Of a stretch of 64,000 bases of DNA, positions 8,484-19,779 are shown one piece after another; the stretch's first letter is position 1; every line of letters begins with the position of its first letter. Under the pieces are notes generated by a model. The model made no database searches. It was not told the origin of the DNA and worked only from the letters and a program-made list of their open reading frames with translations. The position numbers were made by a program, and so were the translations under genes. This stretch comes from Escherichia phage Bp4. The stretch lies in the sequence record NC_024142.2. The stretch is one strand, 5' to 3'.

Positions 8484-10598
8484 ATGAACGAAATGTTCTC
8501 ACAAGGCGGTAAAGGCTCTACTGGTATTCTTACCAATAAGCAAGCCATTGCCCGTAAGTTTGGTGTTAAGCAGAATGAAGTAGTCTATTTTTCTGTAGGT
8601 GTAGACTTGGGTGGATACAAAGTCATTTATGATAAGACTACTCAACGCGCTTACTCATTGCCCGTACTTCCAGTAGGAACCACTGCTGTAAGTCTTAGTG
8701 AACATGCAGTCTTGGTTCATTCGGCAGGTACAGTTGATTTGGGTGAACTGGCTGCTGCACGTAGAGAGTTTGTATGCTTATCTGATTCATTTACTACGGG
8801 CTTAGTAGTAAATACTCGAAATGAGCTTTTGATGCATAATGGTATTGGTTATACCTACTTAGGTTCTCTACCCGTAACTATTGTTGAAGGGGCCAACCCT
8901 GTTGGCAACACGGATTGGAAGTCCCAAACGGATCCTAATTTGCGTGCTCAGTTGGCATCTCAGGATGGTATGACTTTAATTGGTAGTGTACCCGACGTAA
9001 CTGCCCTGGCTTCTGTTGGAGCAACAGTAGGGTCTAGTATAATGCTAGATTCGTACTCAGGCTCTTCCGTTGGTGGGGGTATTATGATTGCGGTTCCTAA
9101 TACTACTCCTGTAGATGAAGTTGTAACTTTCACCGGTGCAGGAGTGGTCTGGAAGCGTAAGTTCTTTGATGGCACTGCTACGGTATACGATGCAGGTTAT
9201 ACTGGTACGGGGGATATTGCCCCATTCATTAACAAGGTAAACTCTGCCGGTTACGATTGTCTTGTACCTACATCAGGGACTATTAGTACACCTATCTTAC
9301 TGGATGTAGCTAAGGGGGCTTTAGTAGGAGCCAATAAGTGTACCCTTACGGAAATGGAAGGTGTAACAGGAGAGTATTATTTAACCGTAATCAATTCTAA
9401 TACAGATTACACAGCCCGTGATGCCATTAATGCTACTGCCCTATTAACAGGTATTTCCTTTGTAGGTAAAGGTACTCGAAAGATGTGCTTGGGCAGTAGT
9501 ACTGGAGGGGAGATAGCAGAATTACGTATATCTAACTGCGGGTTTATATCTACCGCAGGTATTGAGTTTAAAGATAATGCATACCGTATCCTGTTTGATA
9601 AGTGCACCATTTCTCGCAGTTTTACTAACTCTGTAATCTTTAATTCCCCGGTTAATGCTGGTGAGGTTATAAAATTCAACCACTGCTGGATGGTTGATAA
9701 TGGGGGTCCATTTACATTTGAGAATGGGCAGTTCATCTTTGATTCATGCTCATTACCAGCAGGTAAAAAGGCAGGCTACTTCGATCCAGTAGTGGCATTA
9801 AGTGATAATGCTACCTTAGTATTTGCTAACGGTAATATTGAGTATCAACCCGGGCAGAGTTTTGTAGGCTTTACTGTGAGTGGAAGCTCACGCCTCAGTA
9901 TTAAAGATTCTACTATTCTGCTTCCAGAAGGCTACAGTACAGTGCCTATTGTTAGTAATGGTGATGGGGTAGTTAGTTTAAATAACTGCTCATTGCCCCT
10001 CTACGGTAACACAACGATTGCTACTGGATTTGCTACAAGACAGTTGATAGGCGGTGCAAGTAAAAAAGTAATGTCCAGAGGGTGCTTCCCTCGTGCAGGA
10101 TTTATTACAACTAACTGGAATCTAGGGAGCATTGTAAGCCCATATATTAATAGTATTAGCAATGGCTCAGGACAGTTTGGAAATACATCTAACTGGACAC
10201 TCTCGCAAACTGGAACAGGTGCTGTCACTGCTACTACAGCAAATGATGTTCCTAACGATTTAATGTTTACAACTTCTTTTGTTTTATCTGTACCATCAGC
10301 AGATGCAGCAGCTAACTTCACTCAAACAATCATTGATTGTGAACCGGGTCGTTATTTTCAGTTTGGTTTTTGGGCTAAAAATACAACAACCACCTTGGCG
10401 TCAATTAGATTCCTGGACCAGCAAGGAAATGCTGTTGCGGATTCCATAGGATATATCATTCCAGTAGTAAACACGTTCAACTTTTACGCTTTGGTGGATT
10501 GCGTTCCTCCAGGAGCTTACAAAGCTGAAATTAATTTTAATGTTTCTTCAGTTGTTGGAGGCGTCGTAATACACAATGCAGTTTATGGATTGATTTAA
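8484..10598 (+). CDS. tail fiber/spike-like protein
   Basis: 704-aa Gly/Thr/Asn-rich ORF in the tail gene region. Confidence 0.5.
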   Translation: MNEMFSQGGKGSTGILTNKQAIARKFGVKQNEVVYFSVGVDLGGYKVIYDKTTQRAYSLPVLPVGTTAVSLSEHAVLVHSAGTVDLGELAAARREFVCLSDSFTTGLVVNTRNELLMHNGIGYTYLGSLPVTIVEGANPVGNTDWKSQTDPNLRAQLASQDGMTLIGSVPDVTALASVGATVGSSIMLDSYSGSSVGGGIMIAVPNTTPVDEVVTFTGAGVVWKRKFFDGTATVYDAGYTGTGDIAPFINKVNSAGYDCLVPTSGTISTPILLDVAKGALVGANKCTLTEMEGVTGEYYLTVINSNTDYTARDAINATALLTGISFVGKGTRKMCLGSSTGGEIAELRISNCGFISTAGIEFKDNAYRILFDKCTISRSFTNSVIFNSPVNAGEVIKFNHCWMVDNGGPFTFENGQFIFDSCSLPAGKKAGYFDPVVALSDNATLVFANGNIEYQPGQSFVGFTVSGSSRLSIKDSTILLPEGYSTVPIVSNGDGVVSLNNCSLPLYGNTTIATGFATRQLIGGASKKVMSRGCFPRAGFITTNWNLGSIVSPYINSISNGSGQFGNTSNWTLSQTGTGAVTATTANDVPNDLMFTTSFVLSVPSADAAANFTQTIIDCEPGRYFQFGFWAKNTTTTLASIRFLDQQGNAVADSIGYIIPVVNTFNFYALVDCVPPGAYKAEINFNVSSVVGGVVIHNAVYGLI

Positions 10599-10606
10599 TT
10601 AAAACT

Positions 10607-10631
10607 AAGGCCCAAACTGGGCCTTTTCTTA
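10607..10631. terminator. bidirectional intrinsic terminator
   Basis: AGGCCCA-AAC-TGGGCCT stem flanked by A-run upstream and TTTTCTT downstream, between convergent genes. Confidence 0.6.
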
Positions 10632-11282
10632 TATAGAGTTTACTGTTTGCATTACCTCAACCGATACTGCTGTTAGGGTAATTACTTGCCCGGATAAGTT
10701 AAACATACCCAACTGAATACCATCTACCATGAAAGGGTCAGATGAACCAAGTGTGTAAGTAGCTAGTACGTTATCCCTATTAGCTATGTCCGTACCCTGT
10801 ACCTTAACACTAGTGTCTGAACCAACTACTGTAGTTCCATTGGTTCGTCTTGTTTGTGTTCTCCATTCTCTTGCTGTACCAGCACCTCCTGTAATAGTTC
10901 CTGATATACGTACACTGAACATTACCTGGGTATTCCTGGTTCTAATAGGGAATTTAAGATTACCTCCTTCAATTGTTAATGCTGCTGTACCCCCAGGTGA
11001 TTTAGTTATCCATGGTAATGAAAAGTAATTGAGCCAGGACTGGTCATTTACTACCTGGCTCCCGGTCCATGTATACAAGTCCAGAAGGAAAGTATCTTCT
11101 AACTCTGTTGGTGGGATGGGTAGTAGTTCAGGGGGAAGCTCTGAAACGTTATTAGCAGAAACTATTCGTTCCCCATAGCTTCCCACGACCAACAAACCAC
11201 CCTTCATTTTGCACACAACATCCTTACCACTTTGGAAAATATCTTTAATAGACATAGATACCTCGTAGTTGATACCAGACAC
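10629..11282 (-). CDS. hypothetical protein on opposite strand inside the late module
   Basis: 217-aa beta-rich ORF, convergent with tail genes and divergent from the lysis cassette. Confidence 0.5.
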   Translation of the reverse strand: MSGINYEVSMSIKDIFQSGKDVVCKMKGGLLVVGSYGERIVSANNVSELPPELLPIPPTELEDTFLLDLYTWTGSQVVNDQSWLNYFSLPWITKSPGGTAALTIEGGNLKFPIRTRNTQVMFSVRISGTITGGAGTAREWRTQTRRTNGTTVVGSDTSVKVQGTDIANRDNVLATYTLGSSDPFMVDGIQLGMFNLSGQVITLTAVSVEVMQTVNSI

Positions 11283-11379
11283 TATGTCTGGATGTACTCC
11301 ATCATACTAAGTATTATCTAAGAGTCATCTTATGATACGACCCTATTGGGGTTTCTAACTTTACAACTACGGTAATATT

Positions 11380-11709
11380 ATGAATGAATCGGGTGAACTG
11401 CTCCTAGTCAGACTGGAGGAACGATTGAAGACTCTGTTTGAGAACCATACAAGGGAAAGGCAGGACCGTGAGAAACTGGAGGAAACTCTGGTGGAACTAC
11501 GGGATTCAATCAATGACATAGGCAATAGACTGAAAAATGTGGAGGATAGCTTAGCTAAGAATGAACCTACTATTGAAGAGTTCATCACCATTAAGCATAA
11601 AGTTGTTGGTGCTGGAATTTTTGGTAAGTGGGTGTGGGCTGGGGCAGGTGCAATTATTGGTGTATTGGCTGCTGCAAGACGGGAGATATTCGCATGGTTC
11701 GCAGGCTAA
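11380..11709 (+). CDS. membrane protein, holin-like candidate
   Basis: Coiled N-terminal region and a C-terminal hydrophobic segment (GIFGKWVWAGAGAIIGVLAAA); sits just upstream of the endolysin. Confidence 0.4.
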   Translation: MNESGELLLVRLEERLKTLFENHTRERQDREKLEETLVELRDSINDIGNRLKNVEDSLAKNEPTIEEFITIKHKVVGAGIFGKWVWAGAGAIIGVLAAARREIFAWFAG

Positions 11710-11954
11710 AAAGAAAGGTAGAGCTAGTACCTAACTGGAAAAGATGCTGGAAGTGGGCATCCATCCAGATTAGTACGCTCGGGTTAATTATGTTTTCTGC
11801 CATAGATATCATTCAACCAATGCTGACAGGATTACCTCGTCACATCCTGGAAGATATTCCCCATGGCTCCAATATTGTAATCGCACTGTTTGCCTTAAAC
11901 ATCATAGGCAGATTAATACGATTCCGACCAAAGGAAGATTCACATGAAAGCTAA
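11694..11954 (+). CDS. holin-like small membrane protein
   Basis: Two predicted TM segments (ISTLGLIMFSAIDII and IVIALFALNIIGRL); overlaps the endolysin start. Confidence 0.4.
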   Translation: MVRRLKRKVELVPNWKRCWKWASIQISTLGLIMFSAIDIIQPMLTGLPRHILEDIPHGSNIVIALFALNIIGRLIRFRPKEDSHES

Positions 11955-12579
11955 ACAGAAACTTGCTGCGAAAGGTGGTGCAGTGGGAGGGGTTGTCGCT
12001 GCTATCCTGGGGGCAGTGTTTTATATGGAAGGGGGATATGTAAATAATCCTCGTGACCCAGGTGGTGAAACCAATCATGGTATTACCCAAGCTGTAGCTA
12101 AATCTCACAAAGAAGTTCTGGCTACTGAATACGGCTGGGATGGTTCTATGAAGGGTTTATCTAAAGAGATGGCTGCTGAGATATACATTGATGACTACGT
12201 ACTTAAGCCTAACTTCGTAGCCTTCGCTGATATATCTCCTGCTGTAACACATAAGCTGGTAGATGCTGGTGTTAATACGGGTGTAACCCGTCCTGCTAAG
12301 TGGTTACAGTTGTCTCTTAATGAAATGTCACGTAATGGCAAAGACTACCCTAAAATACAGGTTGATGGTAAAGTTGGTACAAGTACTGTTAATGCATATA
12401 AAGCATTACAGAAAAAACGAGGCAAAGTTGCAGCATGTCAGGTAATGATTAAGTTACTCGATGCTAAACAACTGAACCACTACACCTCATTAAACATGCC
12501 AGACTTTACGTATGGTTGGGTAGCTAACCGAATAGGCAATGTGCCACTGGAGGCATGTAATGAAGATGCTAATCTCTAA
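11944..12579 (+). CDS. endolysin, GH108-type N-acetylmuramidase with peptidoglycan-binding region
   Basis: N-terminal EGGYVNNPRDPGGETNHGIT, the hallmark GH108 motif. Confidence 0.8.
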   Translation: MKAKQKLAAKGGAVGGVVAAILGAVFYMEGGYVNNPRDPGGETNHGITQAVAKSHKEVLATEYGWDGSMKGLSKEMAAEIYIDDYVLKPNFVAFADISPAVTHKLVDAGVNTGVTRPAKWLQLSLNEMSRNGKDYPKIQVDGKVGTSTVNAYKALQKKRGKVAACQVMIKLLDAKQLNHYTSLNMPDFTYGWVANRIGNVPLEACNEDANL

Positions 12580-13066
12580 AGGTTGGCCTTATCTTCTGGT
12601 GGTGGTCCTAGGGGCCACCATTTACTTTTGGGGTAATTCCAATGGGCAGTCTACTGTTCAAAAGAAGTGGGATGATCAAAAGGTTGAAGATCAAAAGGCA
12701 ATGCAAAAACTACAGGACAAATACAATGCTCTCCAAAGAAACCATAGTTATGAAGTCGGGTTACTCACTTCCCGGTTGCAGACGGCTGAGAGTAATTACG
12801 CAAGCGAGCTTGCTCGCGTTAGCAGTGATTATGACAGCCGGATGCAACAGTCTGAAAGACGAGCATCGGTATATAAACGTCAAGCCGAAGCCGGAACCTT
12901 TGAGTGCAGAAGTCTTGCAAGCCATGCAGCCAGACTCGACAACAGTCTTGAAGAAGGCAGACGTTTGGTTGAAGAACTCCGGGCAACTGTTAGACTCCGT
13001 GACAGCCAACTAATTGAGTTGGGTAAACAGATTCAGGCTGATCGTAAACTTTTTGAACAGGAATAA
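12560..13066 (+). CDS. i-spanin (Rz-like)
   Basis: N-terminal TM ([14 protein letters not shown]) then coiled-coil; directly after the endolysin. Confidence 0.55.
   Translation: MKMLISKGWPYLLVVVLGATIYFWGNSNGQSTVQKKWDDQKVEDQKAMQKLQDKYNALQRNHSYEVGLLTSRLQTAESNYASELARVSSDYDSRMQQSERRASVYKRQAEAGTFECRSLASHAARLDNSLEEGRRLVEELRATVRLRDSQLIELGKQIQADRKLFEQE
12750..13013 (+). CDS. o-spanin (Rz1-like) embedded in the i-spanin gene, alternate frame
   Basis: Signal-like [12 protein letters not shown] with Cys lipobox-like site, then Pro-rich KPKPEP; fully nested within Rz. Confidence 0.4.
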   Translation: MKSGYSLPGCRRLRVITQASLLALAVIMTAGCNSLKDEHRYINVKPKPEPLSAEVLQAMQPDSTTVLKKADVWLKNSGQLLDSVTAN

Positions 13067-13068
13067 CT

Positions 13069-15339
13069 ATGGAACACCAAGACACTTTTAAGCCTTTACC
13101 AGACCCGGTTCAATCAGAGAAGTTAACGGACTGGAAGAAGGAACCAAGTATCCAATTACTGAAGGGTGATTTGGAATCTGCTAAACCTGCTCACGATGCA
13201 ATCATGGCTCAGATTCGTGAGTGGAATGACTTGATGGAAGTCAAGGGTAAGGCTAAACCCCCAAAGGTTAAAGGTCGCTCACAAGTCCAACCTAGACTGG
13301 TTCGCCGTCAGGCAGAGTGGCGTTATGCACCATTATCTGAACCATTTCTCTCATCTAATAAACTCTTTAAGGTAACCCCTGTTACTTTTGAGGATGAGTT
13401 AGCTGCACGACAGAATGAATTAGTTCTTAACTACCAATTCCGTACCCAGCTTAATAAAGTAAAACTGGTGGATGATTACGTACATAGTGTCGTAGATGAT
13501 GGTACTGGTATTGCCCGTATTGGTTGGGAACGTAAGACCGTTAAGATTAAAACAGAAACACCAGTCTTCCAGTTGTATCCAATTGAGAACCAGGAACAAG
13601 CAGATATTCTTCAGCAGGCTTTACAGCTTCAGGCAGAAAATCCCCGTGAGTATGACGAAACAATGCCGGAAGATATTAAGGAAGCTGTTAACTACTTCAA
13701 TGAAACTGGAGAAGCTACTTATGCAATCCAGACTGGAGTTACTGAGATAGAGGTAGAGAAGGCACTGGTTAACAGACCTACTGTTGAAATGCTTAATCCT
13801 AATAACGTAGTTATTGACCCGAGTTGTAATGGTGATTTGGACAAGGCTCTGTATGCAGTTATCTCATTTGAGACGTGCAAAGCAGACCTCATGAAGAACA
13901 AAGACCGTTATCACAATTTGGATAAGATTGACTGGGAAAGTTCCAGTCCTATGACTGACCCAGACCATGAAAGTAAAACTCCTGGTGACTTCCAGTTTAA
14001 AGATGCACTACGTAAGAAAGTAGTCGCTTATGAATACTGGGGATTTTACGACATTAATGATGATGGTTCACTGGAACCGATTGTTGCTACCTGGATTGGT
14101 TCTACTCTTATTCGTATGGAGAAGAACCCATTCCCTGATGGTAAGTTACCTTTGGTAGTTGTTCCATACATGCCACGTAAACGTGAACTCTACGGTGAAG
14201 CAGATGCAGAATTGTTAGGAGATAACCAAGCAATTCTTGGTGCAACTATGCGTGGGATGATTGACCTGTTAGGTCGAAGTGCAAACGGGCAGCGTGGTTA
14301 TCCTAAAGGGATGTTAGATACTCTGAACCGACGTCGATATGATGACGGACAAGACTATGAGTATAACCCAATGCAGGGCAACCCTAGTCAGGCCATTATG
14401 GAACATAAGTTCCCTGAGTTACCTCAGTCGGCAATAGTTATGACTCAGATGCAGAACCAGGAAGCAGAAGCACTAACTGGTGTTAAAGCATTCTCTGGAG
14501 GTGTAACTGGTGCAGCTTATGGAGATGTGGCTGCTGGTATTCGTGGTGCACTCGATGCAGCATCCAAACGTGAGATGGCAATCCTTCGTCGATTAGCTAA
14601 GGGTATGGCAGACATTGGTACTAAGATTTGTGCAATGAATGCCGTATTCTTATCTGAGAAGGAAGTAGTACGTATTACCAATGAACAGTACGTAGAAATT
14701 AACCGTGAAGACCTTAAAGGTAATTTCGATATTGAGGTTGATATTAATACTGCTGAAATTGATAACCAGAAATCTCAGGACTTGAGCTTCATGGTTCAAA
14801 CGTTAGGTAATACAGTTGACCAGACTATTACATTATCTCTCGTAGCTAAAATTGCAGAACTTAAGCGTATGCCAGACCTTGCTCATGAATTACGTACCTG
14901 GCGACCACAACCAGACCCTATGGAAGAACAGCTTAAGCAATTGGCAATTCAAAAAGCACAGCTTGAGAATGAAGAGTTGAAAAGTAAGATTGCACTCAAT
15001 AATGCTAAGGCTAAAGAAGCTATTTCTAGTGGTGACCTTAAAGACCTGGATTATCTGGAACAGGAATCTGGTACTAAACATGCTCGTGATATGGAAAAAC
15101 AAAAAGCACAATCTCAAGGAAACCAGAACCTTCAAATAACTAAGGCGTTGACAACACCTACTAAAGAAGGTGAAACTACCCCCAACATATCTGCTGCTGT
15201 CGGATATAACGCTTTGACTAACGGGAACTCTTTACAGGAACGTGACTTAGCTGCACAGCAAGACCCGACTTATTCACTTAGTTCCCAACATTATGACCCT
15301 AGCCAAGACCCAGCATCGGCTCTTGGTATGAACTTATAA
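13069..15339 (+). CDS. portal protein
   Basis: 756 aa, between lysis cassette and scaffold/capsid genes; size and position match N4-type portal. Confidence 0.75.
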   Translation: MEHQDTFKPLPDPVQSEKLTDWKKEPSIQLLKGDLESAKPAHDAIMAQIREWNDLMEVKGKAKPPKVKGRSQVQPRLVRRQAEWRYAPLSEPFLSSNKLFKVTPVTFEDELAARQNELVLNYQFRTQLNKVKLVDDYVHSVVDDGTGIARIGWERKTVKIKTETPVFQLYPIENQEQADILQQALQLQAENPREYDETMPEDIKEAVNYFNETGEATYAIQTGVTEIEVEKALVNRPTVEMLNPNNVVIDPSCNGDLDKALYAVISFETCKADLMKNKDRYHNLDKIDWESSSPMTDPDHESKTPGDFQFKDALRKKVVAYEYWGFYDINDDGSLEPIVATWIGSTLIRMEKNPFPDGKLPLVVVPYMPRKRELYGEADAELLGDNQAILGATMRGMIDLLGRSANGQRGYPKGMLDTLNRRRYDDGQDYEYNPMQGNPSQAIMEHKFPELPQSAIVMTQMQNQEAEALTGVKAFSGGVTGAAYGDVAAGIRGALDAASKREMAILRRLAKGMADIGTKICAMNAVFLSEKEVVRITNEQYVEINREDLKGNFDIEVDINTAEIDNQKSQDLSFMVQTLGNTVDQTITLSLVAKIAELKRMPDLAHELRTWRPQPDPMEEQLKQLAIQKAQLENEELKSKIALNNAKAKEAISSGDLKDLDYLEQESGTKHARDMEKQKAQSQGNQNLQITKALTTPTKEGETTPNISAAVGYNALTNGNSLQERDLAAQQDPTYSLSSQHYDPSQDPASALGMNL

Positions 15340-15352
15340 GGCAGACCTTCAC

Positions 15353-15697
15353 ATGAGTAAAGAATCAACAATCGCAGGACTGGAACATCGACTGGAAGCT
15401 GCTAAAGGTGCAGTTGCACACGCAGAGGATGTACGTAAACTTCTGGAGAATCCACTGTTCCGTAAAGTAATCCTTCGACAGTTCTGTGTAGAAGATTGTG
15501 CACGTTACGTGCAGGAGTCTGGTGACCCACTGCTTGAACCGAATAACCGTGCAGATGCACTTAACATGGCTCAAGCTGCTGGTCACTTACGTCGTTGGCT
15601 CGACCTCGCCATTCGTATGGGTGAAAATGAAGCTGACGTTATTCTTCAGGTAGAAGAAGAACTCGATGCAGTTCGTGCTGAACCCGAAGACGAATAA
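15353..15697 (+). CDS. hypothetical head-module protein
   Basis: 114-aa ORF between portal and scaffold-like gene. Confidence 0.5.
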   Translation: MSKESTIAGLEHRLEAAKGAVAHAEDVRKLLENPLFRKVILRQFCVEDCARYVQESGDPLLEPNNRADALNMAQAAGHLRRWLDLAIRMGENEADVILQVEEELDAVRAEPEDE

Positions 15698-15716
15698 TTA
15701 ACCGGAGATATTTCCT

Positions 15717-16937
15717 ATGACTACGGAAGCTGCAACCACAGCTTCCGACATTCTCGCAATGTCGGATGATGAGATTCTGAATATGGAAGCCCCAGCTATT
15801 ATTGCTGAGGAAGATACTTCCACTCAGAACAACCCAGAAACCAACGGCGTACAGACTCCTGATGAAGAAGTTGACACCCCTGCTGTTGAAGAACTACCAA
15901 CCGAAGAAACCTCCCCCGAAACTGACGCAGATGAAGATGATTCAGCAAATTCTTTAACTTCTGATAAAGTTGATGATAAAGTTGTTGACACAGAAGTTGA
16001 TAGTAACGGTAAGCCGATTACTGAAGCTGAACCTTCTACTGCTGAACCAGGCCAGGAACAGAAAGAAGAAGGCAAACAGTCTGAAGGTCTGCCTGCTGAC
16101 TTCAACTATAAGGAAGGTTATGAGAAGTTGATGGCTCCTTTTAAAGCTAACGGCAAAATGATTACTCCCCGTTCTCCGGAGGAGGCCATTAGCCTGATGC
16201 AGATGGGTGCTAACTATACTCGTAAGATGCAAGAACTTCAGCCGTACCGTAAGGTAATGCTGATGCTACAGAACAACGGTTTAATGGATGAGGAAAAACT
16301 TTCTTTCCTGATTGACCTGGATAAGAAGAATCCTGAAGCCATTAAAAAGTTGTTGAAAGACTCTGGTACAGATCCTCTGGACTTTAATCCAGAAGAGGAA
16401 ATTAACTACCAGGGTGGCAAACACCGTGTTACAGACACCGAAGCAGATTTTGCAACCGAAATTGACGACTTAAAGTCTACTCAAGAAGGACAAGCTACAT
16501 TAGGTGTTATTAGCTCGACATGGGATGCTGCCAGTAAAGATGCTCTTTATCAGAATCGTGGCTTACTCCACACCATTCACGAACAGCGTGAGAATGGTAT
16601 TTATGACACCATTGCTAATGAAGTGAATCGTCTTCAGGTGTTAGGTCAGATTCCGGTAGGTACTCCGTTTATTCAGGCTTATAACTACGTTGGTAACCTT
16701 CTTGCACAACAAGGAGCATTTAACCAAGTAGCTAAGCCTGAACCAGTACAAGCAGTTAAACCAGCAGTTCAGCCGGTAGTGCGTGTAGCACAACCTAAGC
16801 AGACTCTGGCTAACAGTGAGCAAGCTAAAGCAGCTTCCCTTAATCGGGCTGCTACACGTAAAGCAACACCTATTGTAAACCCACTCGCTATGAGTGATGA
16901 AGATTTCGCTAAACTCCCAGTACCGGGTAGTCTTTAA
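15717..16937 (+). CDS. scaffolding-like protein (acidic N-terminus)
   Basis: Asp/Glu/Thr-rich N-terminal ~120 aa, immediately upstream of the capsid gene. Confidence 0.45.
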   Translation: MTTEAATTASDILAMSDDEILNMEAPAIIAEEDTSTQNNPETNGVQTPDEEVDTPAVEELPTEETSPETDADEDDSANSLTSDKVDDKVVDTEVDSNGKPITEAEPSTAEPGQEQKEEGKQSEGLPADFNYKEGYEKLMAPFKANGKMITPRSPEEAISLMQMGANYTRKMQELQPYRKVMLMLQNNGLMDEEKLSFLIDLDKKNPEAIKKLLKDSGTDPLDFNPEEEINYQGGKHRVTDTEADFATEIDDLKSTQEGQATLGVISSTWDAASKDALYQNRGLLHTIHEQRENGIYDTIANEVNRLQVLGQIPVGTPFIQAYNYVGNLLAQQGAFNQVAKPEPVQAVKPAVQPVVRVAQPKQTLANSEQAKAASLNRAATRKATPIVNPLAMSDEDFAKLPVPGSL

Positions 16938-16953
16938 ACAGGAATGAGATGAT

Positions 16954-18156
16954 ATGTTAAACTATAACGCTCCAATTGACGGTCAGAAATCTAGCATTGA
17001 TGGTGCTGGTTCCGACCAGATGAATACCTATTACTGGCTGAAGAAGGCTATTATTCAGTCTCGTAAAGACCAGTATTTTATGCCTCTGGCTAACACCGTT
17101 AACATGCCGAAGAACTACGGTAAGACTGTTAAGGTGTACGAGTATGTTCCTTTGCTCGACGATAAGAACATTAACGACCAGGGTATTGATGCTAATGGTG
17201 CTACCATCGTTAACGGTAACCTTTATGGCTCTTCCAAAGACGTTGGTAACATCACTTCTAAACTGCCTCTGCTGTCAGAGAATGGTGGTCGTGTTAACCG
17301 TGTAGGCTTTACTCGTCTGGCTCGTGAAGGCTCTATTCATAAATTCGGCTTCTTCTACGAATTTACTCAAGAGTCCTTGGACTTTGATTCTGATGACCAA
17401 CTGAAAGAACACCTGTCTCGTGAACTGATGAACGGTGCTGTACAGTTGACTGAAGCTGTTCTCCAGAAAGACCTGCTGGCTGCTGCTGGTACTGTACTGT
17501 ATGCAGGTGCTGCCGTCTCTGATGCTACCATTACTGGTGAAGGTTCTACCCCGTCTGTAGTTTCTTATAAGAACCTGATGCGTCTTGACCAGATTCTTAC
17601 TGAGAACCGTACCCCGACCCAGACTACTATCATCACTGGTTCTAAACTGACAGATACCAAAGTACTCGGTGGTACTCGTGTAATGTACGTTGGTTCTGAA
17701 CTGGTTCCAGAACTGAAAGCGATGAAAGACCTGTTTGGTAATAAAGCATTCATCGAAGTTCAGCACTATGCTGATGCTGGTACTCTGATGAATGGTGAAA
17801 TTGGTTGTATTGATAAGTTCCGTATCATCCAGGTTCCAGAGATGCTGCATTGGGCAGGTGCTGGTGCTCAGGTTACTACTAACCCGGGTTACCGTACCTC
17901 TATGGTATCTGGTCAGGAACACTACGACGTATTCCCGATGCTGGTAGTTGGTGATGACTCCTTCTCTACCATTGGCTTCCAGACTGATGGTAAGTCTGTT
18001 AAGTTCACCATCATGACTAAGATGCCGGGTAAAGAAACTGCTGACCGTAATGACCCGTATGGCGAAACTGGCTTCAGTTCTATCAAGTGGTACTATGGTA
18101 TCCTGGTTAAACGTCCAGAACGTCTGGCTCTGATTAAGACTGTTGCTCCTCTGTAA
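16954..18156 (+). CDS. major capsid protein
   Basis: 400 aa, strong RBS AGGAATGAGAT, followed by a strong hairpin; position after portal and scaffold. Confidence 0.75.
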   Translation: MLNYNAPIDGQKSSIDGAGSDQMNTYYWLKKAIIQSRKDQYFMPLANTVNMPKNYGKTVKVYEYVPLLDDKNINDQGIDANGATIVNGNLYGSSKDVGNITSKLPLLSENGGRVNRVGFTRLAREGSIHKFGFFYEFTQESLDFDSDDQLKEHLSRELMNGAVQLTEAVLQKDLLAAAGTVLYAGAAVSDATITGEGSTPSVVSYKNLMRLDQILTENRTPTQTTIITGSKLTDTKVLGGTRVMYVGSELVPELKAMKDLFGNKAFIEVQHYADAGTLMNGEIGCIDKFRIIQVPEMLHWAGAGAQVTTNPGYRTSMVSGQEHYDVFPMLVVGDDSFSTIGFQTDGKSVKFTIMTKMPGKETADRNDPYGETGFSSIKWYYGILVKRPERLALIKTVAPL

Positions 18157-18174
18157 TAGTCCGAAATAAAACAA

Positions 18175-18200
18175 GGGGGACATAAGTCCCCCTCTTAATA
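18175..18200 (+). terminator. terminator hairpin after capsid gene
   Basis: GGGGGAC-ATAA-GTCCCCC then TCTTAATAAAA. Confidence 0.55.
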
Positions 18201-18223
18201 AAACTAAATGAACCACAGGAAAT

Positions 18224-18865
18224 ATGAACATGAGCATTAACGATAAACCGACCACTGACGTAGAAGTGAACGTACAGGGCAACGAAGATACCGTTAACGA
18301 TATTGCAATGCCTAGCGAACTTGAAGTTCTTAAGCAACGTGCAACGTTGATGAATATTAAGTTCTCTAACAACATTTCCGTTGAAAAGCTTCGTGAGAAG
18401 ATTGAAGCTGCACAAGTAAAAGATGAACCAGTAGTAGAAGAAGCTGCTGTTAACCCATTGGGTGCTAAGCAGGAAACTGGTGTTAAGAAGATGACCCTGG
18501 GTCAGAAGATTCGTGCAGAACAGACTCGACTGATTCGTGTACGTATCCAGAACCTTGACCCTAAGAAGAAAGACCTGCCGGGTGAAATTATCACCGTAGC
18601 TAACGAATATATGGGTACTGTACGTAAGTTTGTTCCGTTCGGTGAAGTAACCGACAATGGTTATCATATTCCGTACTGTATCTACGAGTTCCTTAAAGAA
18701 CGTAAGTTCATTAACATTACTACTCGTAAAGGTAAGAATGGCTTACCGGACATTCGTGCAACAGAAGCACGTGAGTTCTCCATTGAAGTACTGCCTCCGT
18801 TGACTGAAGCTGAATTGGCTCAGCTGGCTCAAGCACAGATTGCTGCTGGTAGCCTTAACGATTAA
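18224..18865 (+). CDS. virion structural protein (hypothetical)
   Basis: 213-aa ORF after the capsid gene. Confidence 0.5.
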   Translation: MNMSINDKPTTDVEVNVQGNEDTVNDIAMPSELEVLKQRATLMNIKFSNNISVEKLREKIEAAQVKDEPVVEEAAVNPLGAKQETGVKKMTLGQKIRAEQTRLIRVRIQNLDPKKKDLPGEIITVANEYMGTVRKFVPFGEVTDNGYHIPYCIYEFLKERKFINITTRKGKNGLPDIRATEAREFSIEVLPPLTEAELAQLAQAQIAAGSLND

Positions 18866-18885
18866 CGTATAAGCTACAGTTCAAC

Positions 18886-18924
18886 ACGGCTCACTGGGGT
18901 AACTCCGTGGGCCGTTTCTTTTTG
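18886..18924 (+). terminator. intrinsic terminator
   Basis: 9-bp stem ACGGCTCAC/GTGGGCCGT followed by TTCTTTTTG. Confidence 0.55.
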
Positions 18925-18935
18925 AACCAAGAGGA

Positions 18936-19778
18936 ATGATTATGTCTTGTTCTGCTGAGGTAGAAGCTAACCGACTCCTAGAAGAGTTAACTAAGGGTGA
19001 TGACTTTACCCTTCCTGATATTGATATGTCTGGTCCTGAATGGGATATCCCTGGTGGAGATGATTCTCCAATCTTTGGGGCTATTACTAAAATAACCAAT
19101 GAATCTCTTACTACCCGTGAAGTAGGAGGCAGTGGTACGTTTGATGCATTAATGGAATCTGCTCACAATCACCTTAAAGCTGAGTTTAAAGCTAACCGTA
19201 TTACTGGTGGTGAATATACCAAAGCATACATTGCTATGATGGAATCATGCATGAGTAATGCTGTTCAGTTCTTACTTGGACGTGACCAGGCATACTGGGC
19301 TGCTGCTATGGCACAGATTCAGGCAGTTACTGCTCGTGTTCAACTGGCTACTTCTAAGGCTCAGTTTGTACTGGCTAAGATTCAGGCATTGTCTGCTAAG
19401 AGTGAATACGCTCTTACTAAGATGAAGATTGCTACTGAGTCTGAGACGTATTGTGCTGCATTGTTTAATGCTAATCAGATGTTACCTCAACAGCTTAAGC
19501 TGATTACTGAGCAGACCGAAGCACAGCGTGCACAGACACTAGATACCCGTAGTGATGGTGCTACTGTTACTGGTTCTGTGGGTAAACAGAAAGAGTTGTA
19601 CTCTCAACAGATTACTTCTTACCAACGTGATGCAGAAGTTAAAGCATCTAAGTTGTTTACTGATGCATGGATTACACAGAAGACTATTGATGAAGGCTTG
19701 AATCCTCCTAATGGTTTCACTAACGCAAGTATTGATACCATTTTGACCAAGCTGAAGACTAACAACGGGCTGAACTAA
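18936..19778 (+). CDS. virion structural protein (hypothetical)
   Basis: 280-aa ORF with RBS GAGGAA. Confidence 0.5.
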   Translation: MIMSCSAEVEANRLLEELTKGDDFTLPDIDMSGPEWDIPGGDDSPIFGAITKITNESLTTREVGGSGTFDALMESAHNHLKAEFKANRITGGEYTKAYIAMMESCMSNAVQFLLGRDQAYWAAAMAQIQAVTARVQLATSKAQFVLAKIQALSAKSEYALTKMKIATESETYCAALFNANQMLPQQLKLITEQTEAQRAQTLDTRSDGATVTGSVGKQKELYSQQITSYQRDAEVKASKLFTDAWITQKTIDEGLNPPNGFTNASIDTILTKLKTNNGLN

Positions 19779-19779
19779 T

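Noticed and set aside
17275-18375. 366-aa minus-strand ORF across the capsid gene
   Set aside because: Antisense to the major capsid gene, Ser/Thr/Leu low-complexity, no RBS; the plus-strand gene is far better supported
18134-18667. 177-aa minus-strand ORF
   Set aside because: Antisense to plus-strand virion gene 18224..18865 and the capsid terminator region
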